Source: Vicugna vicugna (Eukaryota). Taken from it: a DNA stretch of 64,000 nt. Where the stretch lies: contig MU058844.1 in assembly GCA_013265495.1 (NCBI GenBank), forward strand, positions 8,121,260-8,185,259, in the 5' to 3' direction. A program made the position numbers and the translations under genes. The notes beneath the pieces are model-generated. The model was not told where the DNA came from. It worked only from the letters and a program-made list of their open reading frames with translations, and searched no databases. Each line of letters starts with the position of its first letter. Positions within the stretch are counted from its first letter, which is position 1. Shown here piece by piece: positions 36,770 through 50,296 of the stretch.

Positions 36770-37090
36770 ATATAATTACAGTCTCCTTATCTCTATTCTA
36801 TTCCTCACCTTTCCTTTCAGAAGTTACTACCACCTTGAAGTTGGTATGATTCTTTACCCTGTGTTTTCATATTTTACCACTTAAATAGGTTTCCATGTAA
36901 CATATATAGTATTGTTCTGTGTATATTTAAAACCTACTGAAATATACTTCATTTTACAACTTATATTTTTACCCAACAAGTTTCTGAAGGTTACCCATAT
37001 TTACACAACTTTTTCATTGTAACTACTATAGAGTATTCTGAAGAATGAAGATTCTACCATCCAGGAATACAGATGAACATTTAGATTCAT
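36770..37090 (-). mobile_element. Ancient L1 (L1ME-like) 3' relic
   Basis: CAGAAGTTACTACCACCTTGAAGTTGGTATG...ATATATAGTATTGTT...TTTTCATTGTAACTACTATAGAGTATTC. Confidence 0.55.
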
Positions 37091-37689
37091 TTTTTTTTTT
37101 GCTGGACATTTTTTTCTAAACACATAAAACTCAAAGCTACTGCATAGCTTTCCAATTATGCACTAAATGGGGGGGGGGGAATAAACCTGAAGACACATAG
37201 TACACATCCCACGAGACTATTAGGATCTGGTGAGGTGGCATTGTAAGAAAAAAAGTCTTCTGGACATAGCTGTTCTTTAGGAAAGCACCACTGTTATCCA
37301 ATATTCTGCTAACATCATCTCCAGCTATTTATAAATTCGTATCAGTATCACCAAAAAATGATTCTCAGCACTGAAGGACAAGATATAATGTGCATCAATG
37401 GGGCCCTAAAAAGCTAGTTCACCTAAACTGCAGACATTTATATTGGCTAAGGGAAGACTAGATCAATAAACACTTTAAGGCCACTGTGCTGGCAAAGACA
37501 CAAAGGTACAATTATAAAAACACAACAGAATTCAATTTGAGGCGATACAGTTTAGTTTGTGAAAATGCTGTTTCAAACCTTCCAATCTTGCACTCCACAT
37601 TTGGAAACCAAACAGATTCCCCCCAGAGGAAAAAAAAAAGAAAAGAAAAAGAAAAGCTATCAGGTTTTGCAGCAAATCTGCAAATCTCA

Positions 37690-38200
37690 TTTGTAACTCC
37701 ATTCTTTAAAATATTTTTAAGTGCATCTCATTGCTCTTGGGACAAGAAAACCTTTACCACTGTCTACAGAGTTCAGGGTTACATGACTTCTGCCCACCTT
37801 TTTACCTACATCTGAGGCCAGTTTTCCCTGAATATCAAACCTTCAGTCACATCAGACTTTCATCCATTCTCTTACGGAGTTCTGAATGCCCTCGGTATCT
37901 TTAGACCTTCTAAAGCTTTTCCTCCCATCTTAATCCATCCACCTTTACCTTGCTAACTCCCTCTCATCCTTCAATGTTCAGCATCCAAGTTGACCTCAGA
38001 AACCCTCCTAACATTTCTAAGTAGATGAGGTCTCCTTGTTTTACCTTTATAACACCCATCACAATGAGAATTACTTGCTTAGTAATTCTCCCTTCCATTA
38101 AGCCAAAAGGGCTGTAAGGGCAAAGATGATGCTTTGTTTTTCTCTCAGTGTATTCCTAGATCTTGGAACAGTGCCTGAAACATATTAGGGACTCAAATAA
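37690..38200 (+). mobile_element. L2 relic
   Basis: CTAACTCCCTCTCATCCTTCAA...GGGCAAAGAT...GTATTCCTAG..AACAGTGCCTGAAACATATTAGGGACTCAAATAA. Confidence 0.7.
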
Positions 38201-38770
38201 CTTCTCAAAACCAGTAAAAATGCTATAAGGGAAATTGTCATAGGTTTTGACACAGTAGACGCTCTGTAAATGCTGGTGGAATAAACAAATCTCAAATAAT
38301 ACCAACTGCCAAACAGGAGCCAATTTTAAGTCAAATGTAGGCTTAGCATCTCTACAAAGTACAAATACTACAGGTTACATTCTGGTCTTTTCTTCCTCAG
38401 AAACATAAACATAACACTGTGATAATCATTATCATTAAATAAAATGACTCTTACAAATGCTCTCATTCATGGACCTGAACACTCTATAATTATTCTGTCC
38501 TGATTTGTGCACCATCTCTATTTCCATTGACATTTAATTTTATTCTGTTTTCAAATAACATTAAGTTGAATTTAAATAAATTAAGGCAGATTTATGAAGG
38601 TTAAGGGTAACCATGTACATTGTAAAAAAAATCAACCACCTAATATTTTTAAATTGTATTTTTCAGTTTGGTAATTCAGAATATTGAGATTTAATTTTTT
38701 TCCCTCCTATCTCCTCTCTAAAGAACTAGAAAGTACAGATATCACATATCACTATCTATTATATAGTTAA

Positions 38771-38898
38771 TATTTATTTATGTATTTATTTAGAGGTATA
38801 ATTGGTATATAACATTATATTAGTTTCAGTTGTACATCTTGACTCAATATTTGTATATATTGCAAAATGATCATCACAATAAGTCTAGTTAACATCCA
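38771..38898 (-). mobile_element. Truncated L1 3' end
   Basis: TTTATTTAGAGGTATAATTGGTATATAACATTATATTAGTTTCAG...AAATGATCATCACAATAAGTCTAGTTAACATCCA. Confidence 0.8.
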
Positions 38899-41800
38899 GA
38901 ACTATTTATTTAATAAGGACTTCTATAGCCCTTGGTACGTGCCAGGCACTGCTCTACTTTAACAAATATGAACTTGTGTAATCTTCTTAGGGTTTAAGAG
39001 GTTGGATACCAAATCATAATAATTATATATAAACAGCACTAAGTCGTCTATGTATAATGCTTTCTGAACTAGCATGGATCAATTAGGGGTGATATTTTCC
39101 AAAATTAGCTAATGGCATGTTTATTAGTACTAATTTCTATCAATGAGCTAGGACTGCTTTGATGCCTCTTTTCTTAAAGTCAACGATCTCTTCACTTGTA
39201 AAATATTTTTTAAAACATTCACAAAACCCCAAAACTTGAAGGGCACAGATTCTCTTTTAAATGAAAACAAAAAGTCACTCATTAAACAAAATTCAAACAA
39301 ACAAAACCTTAGCAGATAATCCCTGATTTGCTACTCGCATCCTATGTAGGAAAAGGCCTTTTCTTTTCTTTTCTTTGCACAAATGAGGAATCAAGACAAC
39401 TGATTTGAAGGAATTCTCCTTCGAATTCCAGCACTGTCTCTCTGCAATATTACCATGAAAATAACAAACACTAGGAAGCAGGTTTGGTTCTGACTGTGGA
39501 GTTATGTGAGGATCCTGAAAAGCTATCTGAATCATGTCTCTGATTCCTCAATTGGAAATAAAACAAAACAAAAGAAAATTTTAAAATGTTGATGAAACCA
39601 TAGTGCAGTCAGGAGATTAAGCATTTAAGATGTACTGCTTTAGATGGATAATCCTGAGACCACCTAAAAAACATCACTGTCAGAATAACGTAATCCCTGG
39701 TCTGCACATTAAAGACTTTATTCATCAAAACACTCACGTTATTATTATAACTTGGTTCTATAACAAGGTCTGATTACTTTTTCCATTCTTGTTTTCCTCA
39801 AGATTACTGAGAACAATGCTGCTTTTCAGTAAATAATACTTCTGCATGTATTTTAATCACTAGACTAAGCAGTACATAACTTCCCAAATTATTGCCCCTG
39901 AAAATAGCAACTTACTCCATTTCAGTCTCTGATTGTTTTACTTAATGTCTAGTTCTCTTTTTCCTTAAATTGAGACACCTGTCATCATGATGGGCATTAG
40001 CTAATTTTGCAATTGTTTGGGTGCTGTGTATATGGTCTGAGGGTTTTATGGGTGTTAATAGTGTACTCCAATTAAATTGCAAATTTTCTCAAAACAGCCT
40101 AGTAAAGTCTGTCGCTCATAGTAAATGCTTAAATATTTGTCTATTTTGCAAAGAATATTTCTCCCTAGACTGTATCAGGACCCTACAAAATTAAAAGCAT
40201 TTAAGATGGTCATCCTTGCTCTATATCAAGCAAGGACATAGTTATTTGCAGACTTTGCCCCCATAGGAAACCTCCTTATCTTCTCATAACACTCTAGATT
40301 GCTGATCTGTTCCCCTATAATACAACAGGATAAAATTTAACCAAAGTTTTTTAAGCTAAATCATGTCTTCAAGCTTCACAGAAGTTGCAGACATATTTCC
40401 CTCTTATATTTAATGGCACTATCATTTGATGCAAAGATCAATAAAAGTTTTTAATGCCAGCAAGCATGAGACATGTCCCAACTTGGTCCCTTAGTGAGTG
40501 AAGTTAAGACATTTCCTTAACTCCTTGGGCCCCACTTTCTTCAAATGCTTGACAAGGGATAGGTGCTGAGTTAATGACTTACCTTCTTCTTGTCTCCTCC
40601 CTTCATAAGAAAGAAGAGAAGTAGGTATCACACCTATAAAAGTTTTAACTCTTTACCAAACAAACCAGCTTAATACAGTTCCTTAATTAAGATATAGTGG
40701 CTAGCCAACTTCCAATGTCTTTGATGTTTTATGTCTTACTCCTAATATTCCTTTTGAGCATTTATATTAGTAGCCCCACTTATCATTTCATCACACAGTA
40801 AAATTACAGAGTGCTGAATTCACAGTTACAGACAGGGCTTCAGACATCAGGCTTGAAAGCTCCTTACAGGTTTGGTCACCACAAAGCCATTCCAATCCCC
40901 AGTAAACCAGAGTGCATGTCATATGGCCACGTGAAAGAGTTTCAAATAGCTCATCAGAAAGGCCACGGATATTCAGAGAGAGGGGGAAAAAATCAGTCCA
41001 TCCAGTAATTAAGAAATACTCTCTACTCCCAGCAAAGATGTGCAATGATTTGAAGCAAATGTTGCTGCATAATTACATGTGAACATAATTGAGGCTCTCC
41101 ATCTCTGCAAGTCCTTTTATGTGAGTAAATGATTTGAAATGGAATGCAAAATTAAAAATATCTTTTTTTAAGCAGACCATTAAAATTATACTTTGGGTTC
41201 TAAAACTTAGCCTGAGACAAGAAAAATCTTAAAAAGATGTGGAGTAAAAAAAATTAAAAAGAAGCACTAAGTTAAACAGCAGAAGATTGCATATTTAGTA
41301 AAGCCATTATGGGGACAGCATCAGCATGGTGCTCTTGGGATCTAGCGTAGGAAAACAGAAAGCATGTCGGTGCACTCCCACAGAGGCCTCCATCATAATG
41401 ACCCTTTTAATCTACAATCTTCATAAGAAGGAAGGAGACACCAGGATGAGCATAAGATACACAGTGCTGTAATCAAAGCTCAAACCACAACAAAGCATGT
41501 ATTCATTTCCGTTTCCTTTACTGGATGAAAAGACATTCAAATGATATTTCAGGACAGATGAATGAATCTACTAAAACATTCTGTTTTGAAAATGAAGTTT
41601 GGAAATCAACCTGATATGTGTAAATGTACCCCAGACCAGAATCCCCTGCTGTTTCCTCCCAACTTACAACTGTCACTCTGAAGTGAGTTTTTTAACCTAT
41701 GGTAAAATTGTCAATTAGTTACTATAAATTTATGTATACTCTCTCACTAGTATTGAAGAAATTCAGTTATGTCCAGCAACCTGGTAGGGTTTTTTGTTTT

Positions 41801-42836
41801 GTTTCGTTTTGTTTGTATTACAGAGTGAACAAGTTGGGAAGACACACTAAGGCGAGTTAAATATAAAACCTCAGAATAAACAAAATTTATTAGAGGGAAA
41901 TTTCCATTTCTTAAAGTTAAGTCTTCCCCAGAGTATCCTATTTGATTATCTGAGTAATTATGTTCATATTGCATTTGTAAATACACACACTTATTTGGGA
42001 GAGTTCTCTTGTTGTCACTGTGGTTGTTTTAAAAATACATAATAGGGTTTTTCTTCATCCTACGGGGTTGGGGAGATAGTAGACACACTGTTGGAAGAGA
42101 AGGGTCCAAAAAGGCGGCAATTATCTATAAAATGCATGGCAAGCAGAAAAGGAGCCCCAGGAACAAGAGAAAGTACCAGTCAAGAACTGAAAACGCTTAG
42201 TTGAACTGAGAAATTGAAATTACTTTAAACACAGCAGCATTGTTCCCTTACATCCCCTGGTTATCTACAATGATTTGCAAATCTGTACCCCTATGGCTGT
42301 GTGAATCTGGGAGTCCTGCCTGCCCTTCCCACTCAGATTCAGCAGGAAAATAATAAAAGAGGACACTCCACCTCACATTTCCAACTGGTTTTTTCCCATT
42401 TTGAATACCTTTTGTTTCCAGTGCTATTAAGAGATCAAAACTTTTTCAAATAAAATTACTTCAGATACCAACTTTCAGTCAACTTAAGAAAAGAAGTTTT
42501 CTTAGTTTCCTACCTAGTCTGTCCAAGGAAGCTCTAAATCATGATGAAACATATATAGTAGCTCCTAAACTACTCATATATCTATTTTTAATAGATGATG
42601 TCCAGAAAATACTCTCATCAATAATTAGTTTCCCATTTACTTAACTAGTAAATTTGAAATTCAAATACCAATTTCAATGATCACAAATCACAGAATCTTT
42701 AATAGTCATTTCTAACATTCTAGTGAACAGTGATTTCTCAGGCCATTTAATATTACTATATTTATACAGGTATGAAATTCCTATTAATTTCTTTCAAATC
42801 CATTCTGTATCTTTTCATTATATAAAATGCTAGTAG

Positions 42837-43470
42837 AAATAGTCTCATGGACATAGAAGACAAACTGTGGTTACCGGGGGAAAGGGGACAGGGAGGGATA
42901 GATTAGGAGTCTGGGATTAAAAGATACATACTACTATATATAAATAGATAAACAAGGACCTACTGTATAGCACAGGGAACTATATTCAATTTCTTGCAAT
43001 GAGCTGTAATGGAAAAGAAACTGAAAATATATGTATGTATGTATATGTGTAACTCAATTGCTTTGCTGTACACGTAAAACTAAGATTTTATGGATCCTGT
43101 ACAGCAAACTACACATTTCAGATGTACAATTTGATGAATTTTGATAGATGTATACACCAATGAAACCACCAACACAATCAAGATAGCTAACATTTCCATT
43201 ACTCTCCAAGAGGTAAAAATTTCAAATGCTGTTTATCCCTTCCTATCCCCTTTACTCTCTGGTTACCATAAATTTGTTCTCAGTGTCTGTGAGTCTGTTT
43301 CTGTTTTGTAGATAAGTTTATTTGTGATCTTTTCTTTTTTAGATTCCACATATAAATGATATCACATGGTATTTAAGGTGTTAAAAAATAAAAATTAAAT
43401 GTTATTTAAAATGAACATTGTAAATCAACTACACTTCAATAAAAATGAGAATTTAATTTTTTTAAATAAA
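42837..43470 (+). mobile_element. 5'-truncated L1 3' UTR interrupted by a ~330-bp secondary insert
   Basis: L1 sequence runs to GCTGTACACGTAAAACTAA (43083) and resumes at AACATTGTAAATCAACTACACTTCAATAAAA (43414); outer TSD ATAAAATGCTAGTAG (42822-42836) / ATAAAATACTGGCAG (43471-43485). Confidence 0.85.
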
Positions 43471-43679
43471 ATAAAATACTGGCAGCACCCCTTTTCTGCA
43501 CACACTTATATATCTGATATAAGTTTATTTTCATCCATTTAACTAGCATTTCGGGTCTATTCATTCACACATTACTTACCGAGTACTTGCTATGTGCCAG
43601 ACACTTTGATTTAACAGATGAGTTACAGAACAATCTTGAACCAAATTATTATAATTAATAATGTACATTTTAAGTTTTA

Positions 43680-43803
43680 AAATTTATTTTATTTATTTTT
43701 AATTGAAGTATAGTCAGCTTACAATATTGTGTCAACTTTTGGTGTATAGCATAGTTCAGTCATACATATATATACATTCATTTTCATATTCTTTTTCATT
43801 ATA
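43680..43803 (-). mobile_element. Truncated L1 3' end
   Basis: TTTTTAATTGAAGTATAGTCAGCTTACAATATTGTGTCAA...TTCATATTCTTTTTCATT. Confidence 0.85.
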
Positions 43804-44221
43804 ATATAATAAACATTTTTAGTGTATCAAGGTTACGTTCTGACTAGTTTGGGCTCCGAAGTTCACTAGCAAAAAGTCCTGGGCTCAGCTAATGGTCTCA
43901 GCGTGTTACATAGATTATGTTTTCTCTCTTTAAAGGTCAAGTCTCTGCAATATAAATTATAAGACCGAGACAGAGTATCTGCTATTTAGGAGACAGAATA
44001 ATAACCAGGATCTAGACCAGGACTTAATGTTTATACATTAATCTCTCTGAATCTCTTTTTTTTTTTTTCAGGGGAAGGACAATATTGAAGATTATTTTTT
44101 AAAATACTGAAATCAAACTAGGGGTGCATTTGAGTATTAGTTTGGTATTTCATACATCCTTCATGATCTTCGTAGACTCTCCCCCCGACAAAAGGGAGAA
44201 GTACAGGGTATATAAGCATAC

Positions 44222-44660
44222 TTTTAAAAATAGAACTACTTTTTAAGAGTAGTTTCAAGTTCCCAGCAAAACTAAGCAGAAAGCAGAGTTCCCGTATACC
44301 TACTGTCTCCCCAACACATAACCTTCCCCACCATCAGCCTCCTGCCCTAGGGTGGTACATGTGCTACAATCAATGAACCTACATGGACACATTATCACCT
44401 CAAGTCCACAGTTCACATCAAGGTTCACTCTTGGTGTTGTGCTTTCTCTGGATTTTGATAAATGTAATATGACACATATCCACCGTTACAAGATACAGAA
44501 TAGTTTTATGACTCTCAAAATCCCTTGGACTCTGCTTATTCCTTCTATCCTCCCCTCAACCTCTGACAACAACTGATCTTTCTACTGTCTCCATACCTTT
44601 GCCTTTCCCAGAATGTCATATTCTTGGAATCACACAGCCTTTTCAGATTAAATTCTTCCA
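44222..44660 (-). mobile_element. L1MC1-like 3' end
   Basis: AGTAGTTTCAAGTTCCCAGCAAAACTAAGCAGAAAG...GGTGGTACATGTGCTACAATCAATGAACCTACA...GGTTCACTCTTGGTGTTGT. Confidence 0.85.
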
Positions 44661-45460
44661 TTGTATTAGAGTACTTCTGGTGAAAATTTTATAGCACCTT
44701 GCCAAAGGTCCAAGGCAGAGGCCACATCTATGTTTTTAAAACATCACTGTTCCTATCACAGAGGAGGTATCCAGGAAATGACTTGTTGAATGAATATATT
44801 ATTGATTAAATGAACGTGCAAATGAAGTTATTTAATCTTTCTAAGACTCATTTTCATAACATGTAAAGCGAGGCTAAAACCTTCCCTCACAACACTATAT
44901 GAAAACTAGAAAATCTTTAAAAGAGAGTTATTTTCAGTAGTAACTATTCCCATGAATGAATTTAATTGAAACCACATTTTCAGTTAGGGGCCATGAATCT
45001 TTTATCTCCAAGAAAATAAAATGGTAAGGAAAGGAGGAAACCAGGACCAGGACTACAGAGAGAGAGACACCTGAGGCACAGAGTTGAAGGCGGCACTCAC
45101 TCTCCTGTCTGCTGTGTCAAGATTCAAGACGTTTTCAACAGACCAGTAAAAAGGACCAGAACAGACAAAATGACATTTAATGTTCCTGAACATAAAAACA
45201 TAGAATCCAGATGCACATGTCAAATGCCTCAGTAAAGGGCAAGAGAGCTGTGGCTTAATAGCAGAAAACATAAATGTTTTAATTATTCACAAAGTTATTA
45301 AGAATCTATAATATAATTTGTTTGCAAAAAATAATACAAACATAAGGTGAATTAATAACAATATATAATTTTCTTAGTAAGTGGTATGAGGTCGGCAGCA
45401 GTCTCTAGTTCTACATACTACATTTCAAAAGGAACCAGGATAAATGGAGATTATTGAACT

Positions 45461-45900
45461 ATCAAATCACTATGGTATATACCAGGAGCTAACACAGTGT
45501 CGTAGGTCAATTATATCCAAAAACAAACTCATAGAAAAAGAGACCAGAGCCAGGGGGGTGGGGGGAATAGGGAGAATGAGATGAAGCTGCTCAAAAGGTA
45601 CAAACTTTCAGGTATGAGATAAATAAGCACTCAGGATGTAATGGACAATGTGATAAATGTAGTTCACATTGCTATATGTTACATATGAAAGATGTTAAGA
45701 AAGAAAATCCTGAGTTCTCATCTCAAGGAAAAAATATCTTCTGTTTCTTTAATTTTGTATCTATAAGAGATGATGGACATTCATTAAACTTATGCTAATC
45801 ACTTTATGCCTCATGTAAGTCAAATCATTATGCAGTACACCTTAAACTTACACAGTGCTGTATGTCAACTGTGTCTCAATAAAACTGGAAGAAAAAAGAA
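45461..45900 (+). mobile_element. Older L1 3' end (L1MA/L1MB group)
   Basis: CAAAAGGTACAAACTTTCAGGTATGAGATAAATAAG...GTACACCTTAAACTTACACAGTGCTGTATGTCAA..TCTCAATAAAACTGG. Confidence 0.8.
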
Positions 45901-47887
45901 ATGAGAGAAAACTGATTGAGACAATTGTTAAATGAAAATATGACCTATTAAAGGGAGTTAATAGGGTTAATTGAAGGGTGCTAAACAGGGTAAATCTCAT
46001 TTTTTACAGCCTCTCCTAAATTAAGTTAGGAAACCAGAGTCAAAGGAGTAAATAAAATAGCTAAATTTTAGTCACCATAAGAATAGTATAGCAAATGAAT
46101 GCTTACAAAGGACAAATTCAAATACAAAAGAGAAAAAACTAAAAGTACGTTAAAAACCAATAATGTTAGTAAAAGGACAAAAAAAAAAGGTTACTAAAAA
46201 AATTCACTTTAAAAAAAAGGATAGAAAAAAGAACTCAGGTTACTCAGTGTTTTTTACATCCCCAGATATAGTATAAGTTAAATATAAGTAAATGAATAAA
46301 TAAGCACACATACACACTCATATGCCTACTTTTACACAGTTCATTTAATAAATATTTAAAAAATGGAACCATAATAAATGAAAGGTTATCTAAAAGAATA
46401 CCAGAAGAAAGAAGGGTCTAGGAACCATGCTATCCAAATGGTTAAAAAATGAGAGAGAGTGTGATTAAAAAAAAAAGTCACCATGTTATATGAGAAATTA
46501 ATGTTGAAAGTAATAAGGAAGAAAATTCAATCTGAATTGAAATTAAAATGTTTAATAGTTAAGAGTTGTTCAAGAATGGCATCTTCCTTTCAAAGAAAAA
46601 TCTTCCTTTCAAAGAAAGCATTCAAACAGGGACTAGGTGACCATTTCTAAGCAATATCACAGATACTATAATTCTAGCATATTCCTCACATTTAGAATGA
46701 AATATAAGTCATCCTAAAAACCATGTGAAATACTGCTTAAACACTATAGGATGCCCATAAGACTAATTCCTAGGAATTGTTTAGAAAAGGTGAGATCTTA
46801 ATTTTATGTTTCCTGTGAATTTGGTCCATAAGTTTACCTTTCTACAGCACAATAAAAAATAATGAAAGTTCACAATAGCGGTAAGAAAGCTTATCCACTG
46901 CAACTATTTCTGATTTGAGGTGGTCTACAGCTGTGCATTTTGCCAGTGATCTACTTTTTATTTTTATATTTAATTAAGTAATTATTGGCTGTTCATGCAG
47001 CTTGAAACAGATATATTTTCAGGACAAGCCCCTGTCATCATAAAATTCTAATAAGCTGAACATGAAAGAGTAAATAAATGATGGTTAAAAATGCAAGAAC
47101 ACTATTTAACATCACAGAACATTCATTAAGCAGCTAGTAGTGAACACTGCCATATTAAGTATTACAGGGATTCTAAGAGCCCTAATTATGTTGAAAGGCA
47201 AACCAGGGGATGCTTTTCTCTTGATACATTTACACATGAAATAAACACAAATACTTCACCTACATCCATGCTCACTGCTACCAATAACATAGAGAACCCT
47301 GCAATTAACCCTCTATTGGATCACGGTCTAAGGCATGTGGCCAAGCGCCTGGGAAGAGTTAGTCAAAATTTTGTTACATGTTTGAGAAGAATAAAACCAT
47401 TAAAGTTAAGCCATCCATCATTTTTTTAGACCTCCCATAAATAAGAAACAGTTTCAATTTTACAAAGATTTACTATGGAAAACTTACATTGAGAAGAAAA
47501 GACCACAACAAGAGCAAGGACAAAAGAAATTACTTTTTTATAATAAACATCATCTGGAAGTATTTGGAGTTCTACTTTCCTTCATTGATTAACTTAAAAA
47601 AAAAAAATAGCCAGTCAGCAGTTCTATGGCAATTACTAGAATAAAGTAAAAAATTGAAACTTAGGTCTGGGAAGTCCAAAAGTTAAGACTTTATGTCTGA
47701 GAAATGCTCAATTATTTTCAGAAGAAAATAGAAGATGAGATACAAGTCCCGAATGATGAGACACAAGGAAAAAATTAGCCATTTTACTTCCATCTTAAAA
47801 ATCACAGCTCCAGTTCATTTCTTCCTTTAAGGGGTCAATGTAAGTAAAATATGCTGCCCCTTACAATACAGAAAATGCCATCAAGAC

Positions 47888-48235
47888 AGAGATGACAGAA
47901 AATAGAGTCCTAAAAATTTCCATTATCACAAAGGTCAACTACACACCCAGGAATGACTGGCATTTGCCACCAAGCTCGAGCCTGCCAGGAAAGAGAAGGC
48001 GGCTCCGACACTTGAGTTCCTCTGTACTATGCACTTCCCCACTACTAAATGAGCCTGAATTGATGAACTGACCCTGGGAGTGTAAGTTTTTAAGCTTCAG
48101 AACCAGTTGCTTTTCGCCTCTCAGCATTTTCTCACTGGCAGACTGAAGCTTGACGGCATACTCCAGTGGTTTGGGGATGTGTACCTTGACCTTGGTGATA
48201 ATGGAAAATTTTAGACTCTAATTTCTATCTTCTCT
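47888..48235. repeat. Long imperfect inverted repeat (two ~101-bp arms, 146-bp spacer)
   Basis: Arm 47888-47988 aligns to the reverse complement of 48135-48235 at about 80 of 102 columns by hand. Confidence 0.9.
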
Positions 48236-49065
48236 ATTGCAGAGAGGCAAAAGGCAACTAACTAACTGCTCAGGAGTTTAAAAAGTTAACAGTTATCAGG
48301 GTCATCTAATTAACTTGGAACTAGAGGAGTACTTATTCTGGAGCAACTTTAGTGCCAATTTCTTGTTTTATGGTCTCACTCTGCACACTCTCTCTGAGGA
48401 ATGAGACAAAGTTTAATGATTAAAGACACAAATGACCTAATGAATTGGCTTCAAACAAGTCATTGGTAGTAAACAGTCACACACATATACGGTCACACAC
48501 ACACGCACACACACAAAGTAATTCTTTTTTCCTTTGCCAAGGGCAATAGATTTTAACAGCACAAATGGCCTTTGGCATTCCACTTACAGAGATTCACATT
48601 CAAGAATTATTACATGACATAAGCCAAATGGTATTATATAGAATTATTGAACTACAGGCTCAATTCCCAAAAGAATATTATATAACAGAGAAATAAACAC
48701 CAGACGGTTTTAGGGAAAGGAAAAAACTTCTTAGACACCAGGTTAAAACATACAAAATTGACCTTCATAGAAAAAAAAAATTCTTGGTTCTCCTAACTTG
48801 TGTTCCTATGTTCATATACTGCACTTGATTTCAACAATGCAACCTCAACTACTTTCAGGGTATGGACTAGAATAAGCAGAAGAAAAGTTGTATTTGCCTA
48901 AAACAAATTGTATCTAATGTTTCTTCCAAGAGAAGATTCCAACTAGAATCATCTCTAATTTTTCCTATCTCTACTAAAGGTTTCCAGTGCTTGGAAATTT
49001 ACTAACTTCCAAGCCTGCTCTTCCCACTCTTAGAAACAACAAAAGGTCAGAACAGTCCTCTTATC

Positions 49066-49444
49066 TGTAGAAATAAATTTCCAGACCCAAGATAGAGCTG
49101 CTCATACCTAGGCGCCAGGTCAGCAAACCCAGATTTAGATAACTTGGTGTTTCTGTAAGCGGTTTGTTTGATCAGAGATCCAGTCTATCCAGTCAGCCAA
49201 TCCCCAAATGCCAGGCCAACTCTCGGCCTTCACCCCAAACTAGGTTGACTATGTGACCACAACCAATCAGATTTTCTGTTTCTCTTCCTGTTCTTTATTC
49301 TTGATCCCATTTTTTGCCCTATTTTGCATTCTTATGAAAGGAGACTGTCCACTTCCTGAAGTGTTAAGTGAAGTTTGTATTCCCTAAATTGTCTTCTTCA
49401 AACATTTTTGAATCTGTCTTAACCTCACCCTATTATTATTTGAA
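49066..49444 (+). mobile_element. ERV1-like solo LTR
   Basis: TGTAGAAATAAATTTCCAGACCCAAGATAGAG start, AGCCAATC/ACCAATCAG CCAAT boxes; start resembles the LTR at 51555. Confidence 0.5.
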
Positions 49445-50156
49445 GTAAAAACAGTGAATTTTTGGTGGTCCTGAGCTAATAGAGCCATACCCACCCCACA
49501 CCCCCCGAAAAATAATGAAAGTCTATTGTTCTGGACACACATAATGGCTCATTACAAACTCATACTAGGTCTCAGAGGCCACATTTTAAAGCTATCATCA
49601 AGGCACCGTCTAATCAAGATTCTTTTGTCTTGATTTCCTGGTTGCCTCTTAAATACTCTGTGGCCCTCAAGGAATTAATGAGTATTAAAGTAGTCCCTGA
49701 TTCTAAGGTGATGCAAATAGAATAAGTGGACTGCATACCTGCATCAAATAAAGGCCTTTCCATTGTAAATAAAGTCTTCACAAGTAAAGCTTACTTTCAC
49801 TAAAAGAATTTGAGCTATTGCTATCATCGGTCATTTTGAAAAGATTCAAATTTCCTTAAGGTCCTAAGGTTTATACATTTTATAGCAACTAAAAAGTTCT
49901 CTAAATGGAGGATGTCCACATTTATTTCTAAAATGAAGAACTAGAAAAACTAGCACATTCAACTCAACAGTTTTTATTTTAATGGGTAAACTTCCTTTTA
50001 GATAAAATTTGTTCATCCACGCATTTATATGCAATTATTTAATACATATCTACTGTATCAAGTATTACGCTCTGTTATGAAAATGCCAAGATGAGCACCA
50101 TCCACTTATAGAGGGGAGAGAGATAGGCTAATATGAGTCTATTAGAATCCTTAGGT

Positions 50157-50296
50157 GGGGGAGGGTATACCTTAGTGGTAGAGTGCATGCTTAGCGTGCA
50201 GGAGGTCCTGGGTTCAATCCCCAGTACCTCCATTTAAAAAATCAATCAATCTAATTACCTCTCCCCCAAACAAACAAACAAACAAAAAGAATTTGA
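50157..50296 (+). mobile_element. Vic-1-type SINE (long form)
   Basis: GGGGGAGGGTATACCTTAGTGGTAGAGTGCATGCTTAGCGTGCAGGAGGTCCTGGGTTCAATCCCCAGTACCTCCA; TSD TAGAATC(C/T)TTAGG at 50143-50155 and 50297-50309. Confidence 0.93.

Noticed and set aside
2250..50296. tRNA-Ala genes
   Set aside because: All eight copies have A/T tails, several have TSDs and broken stems; they are SINEs.
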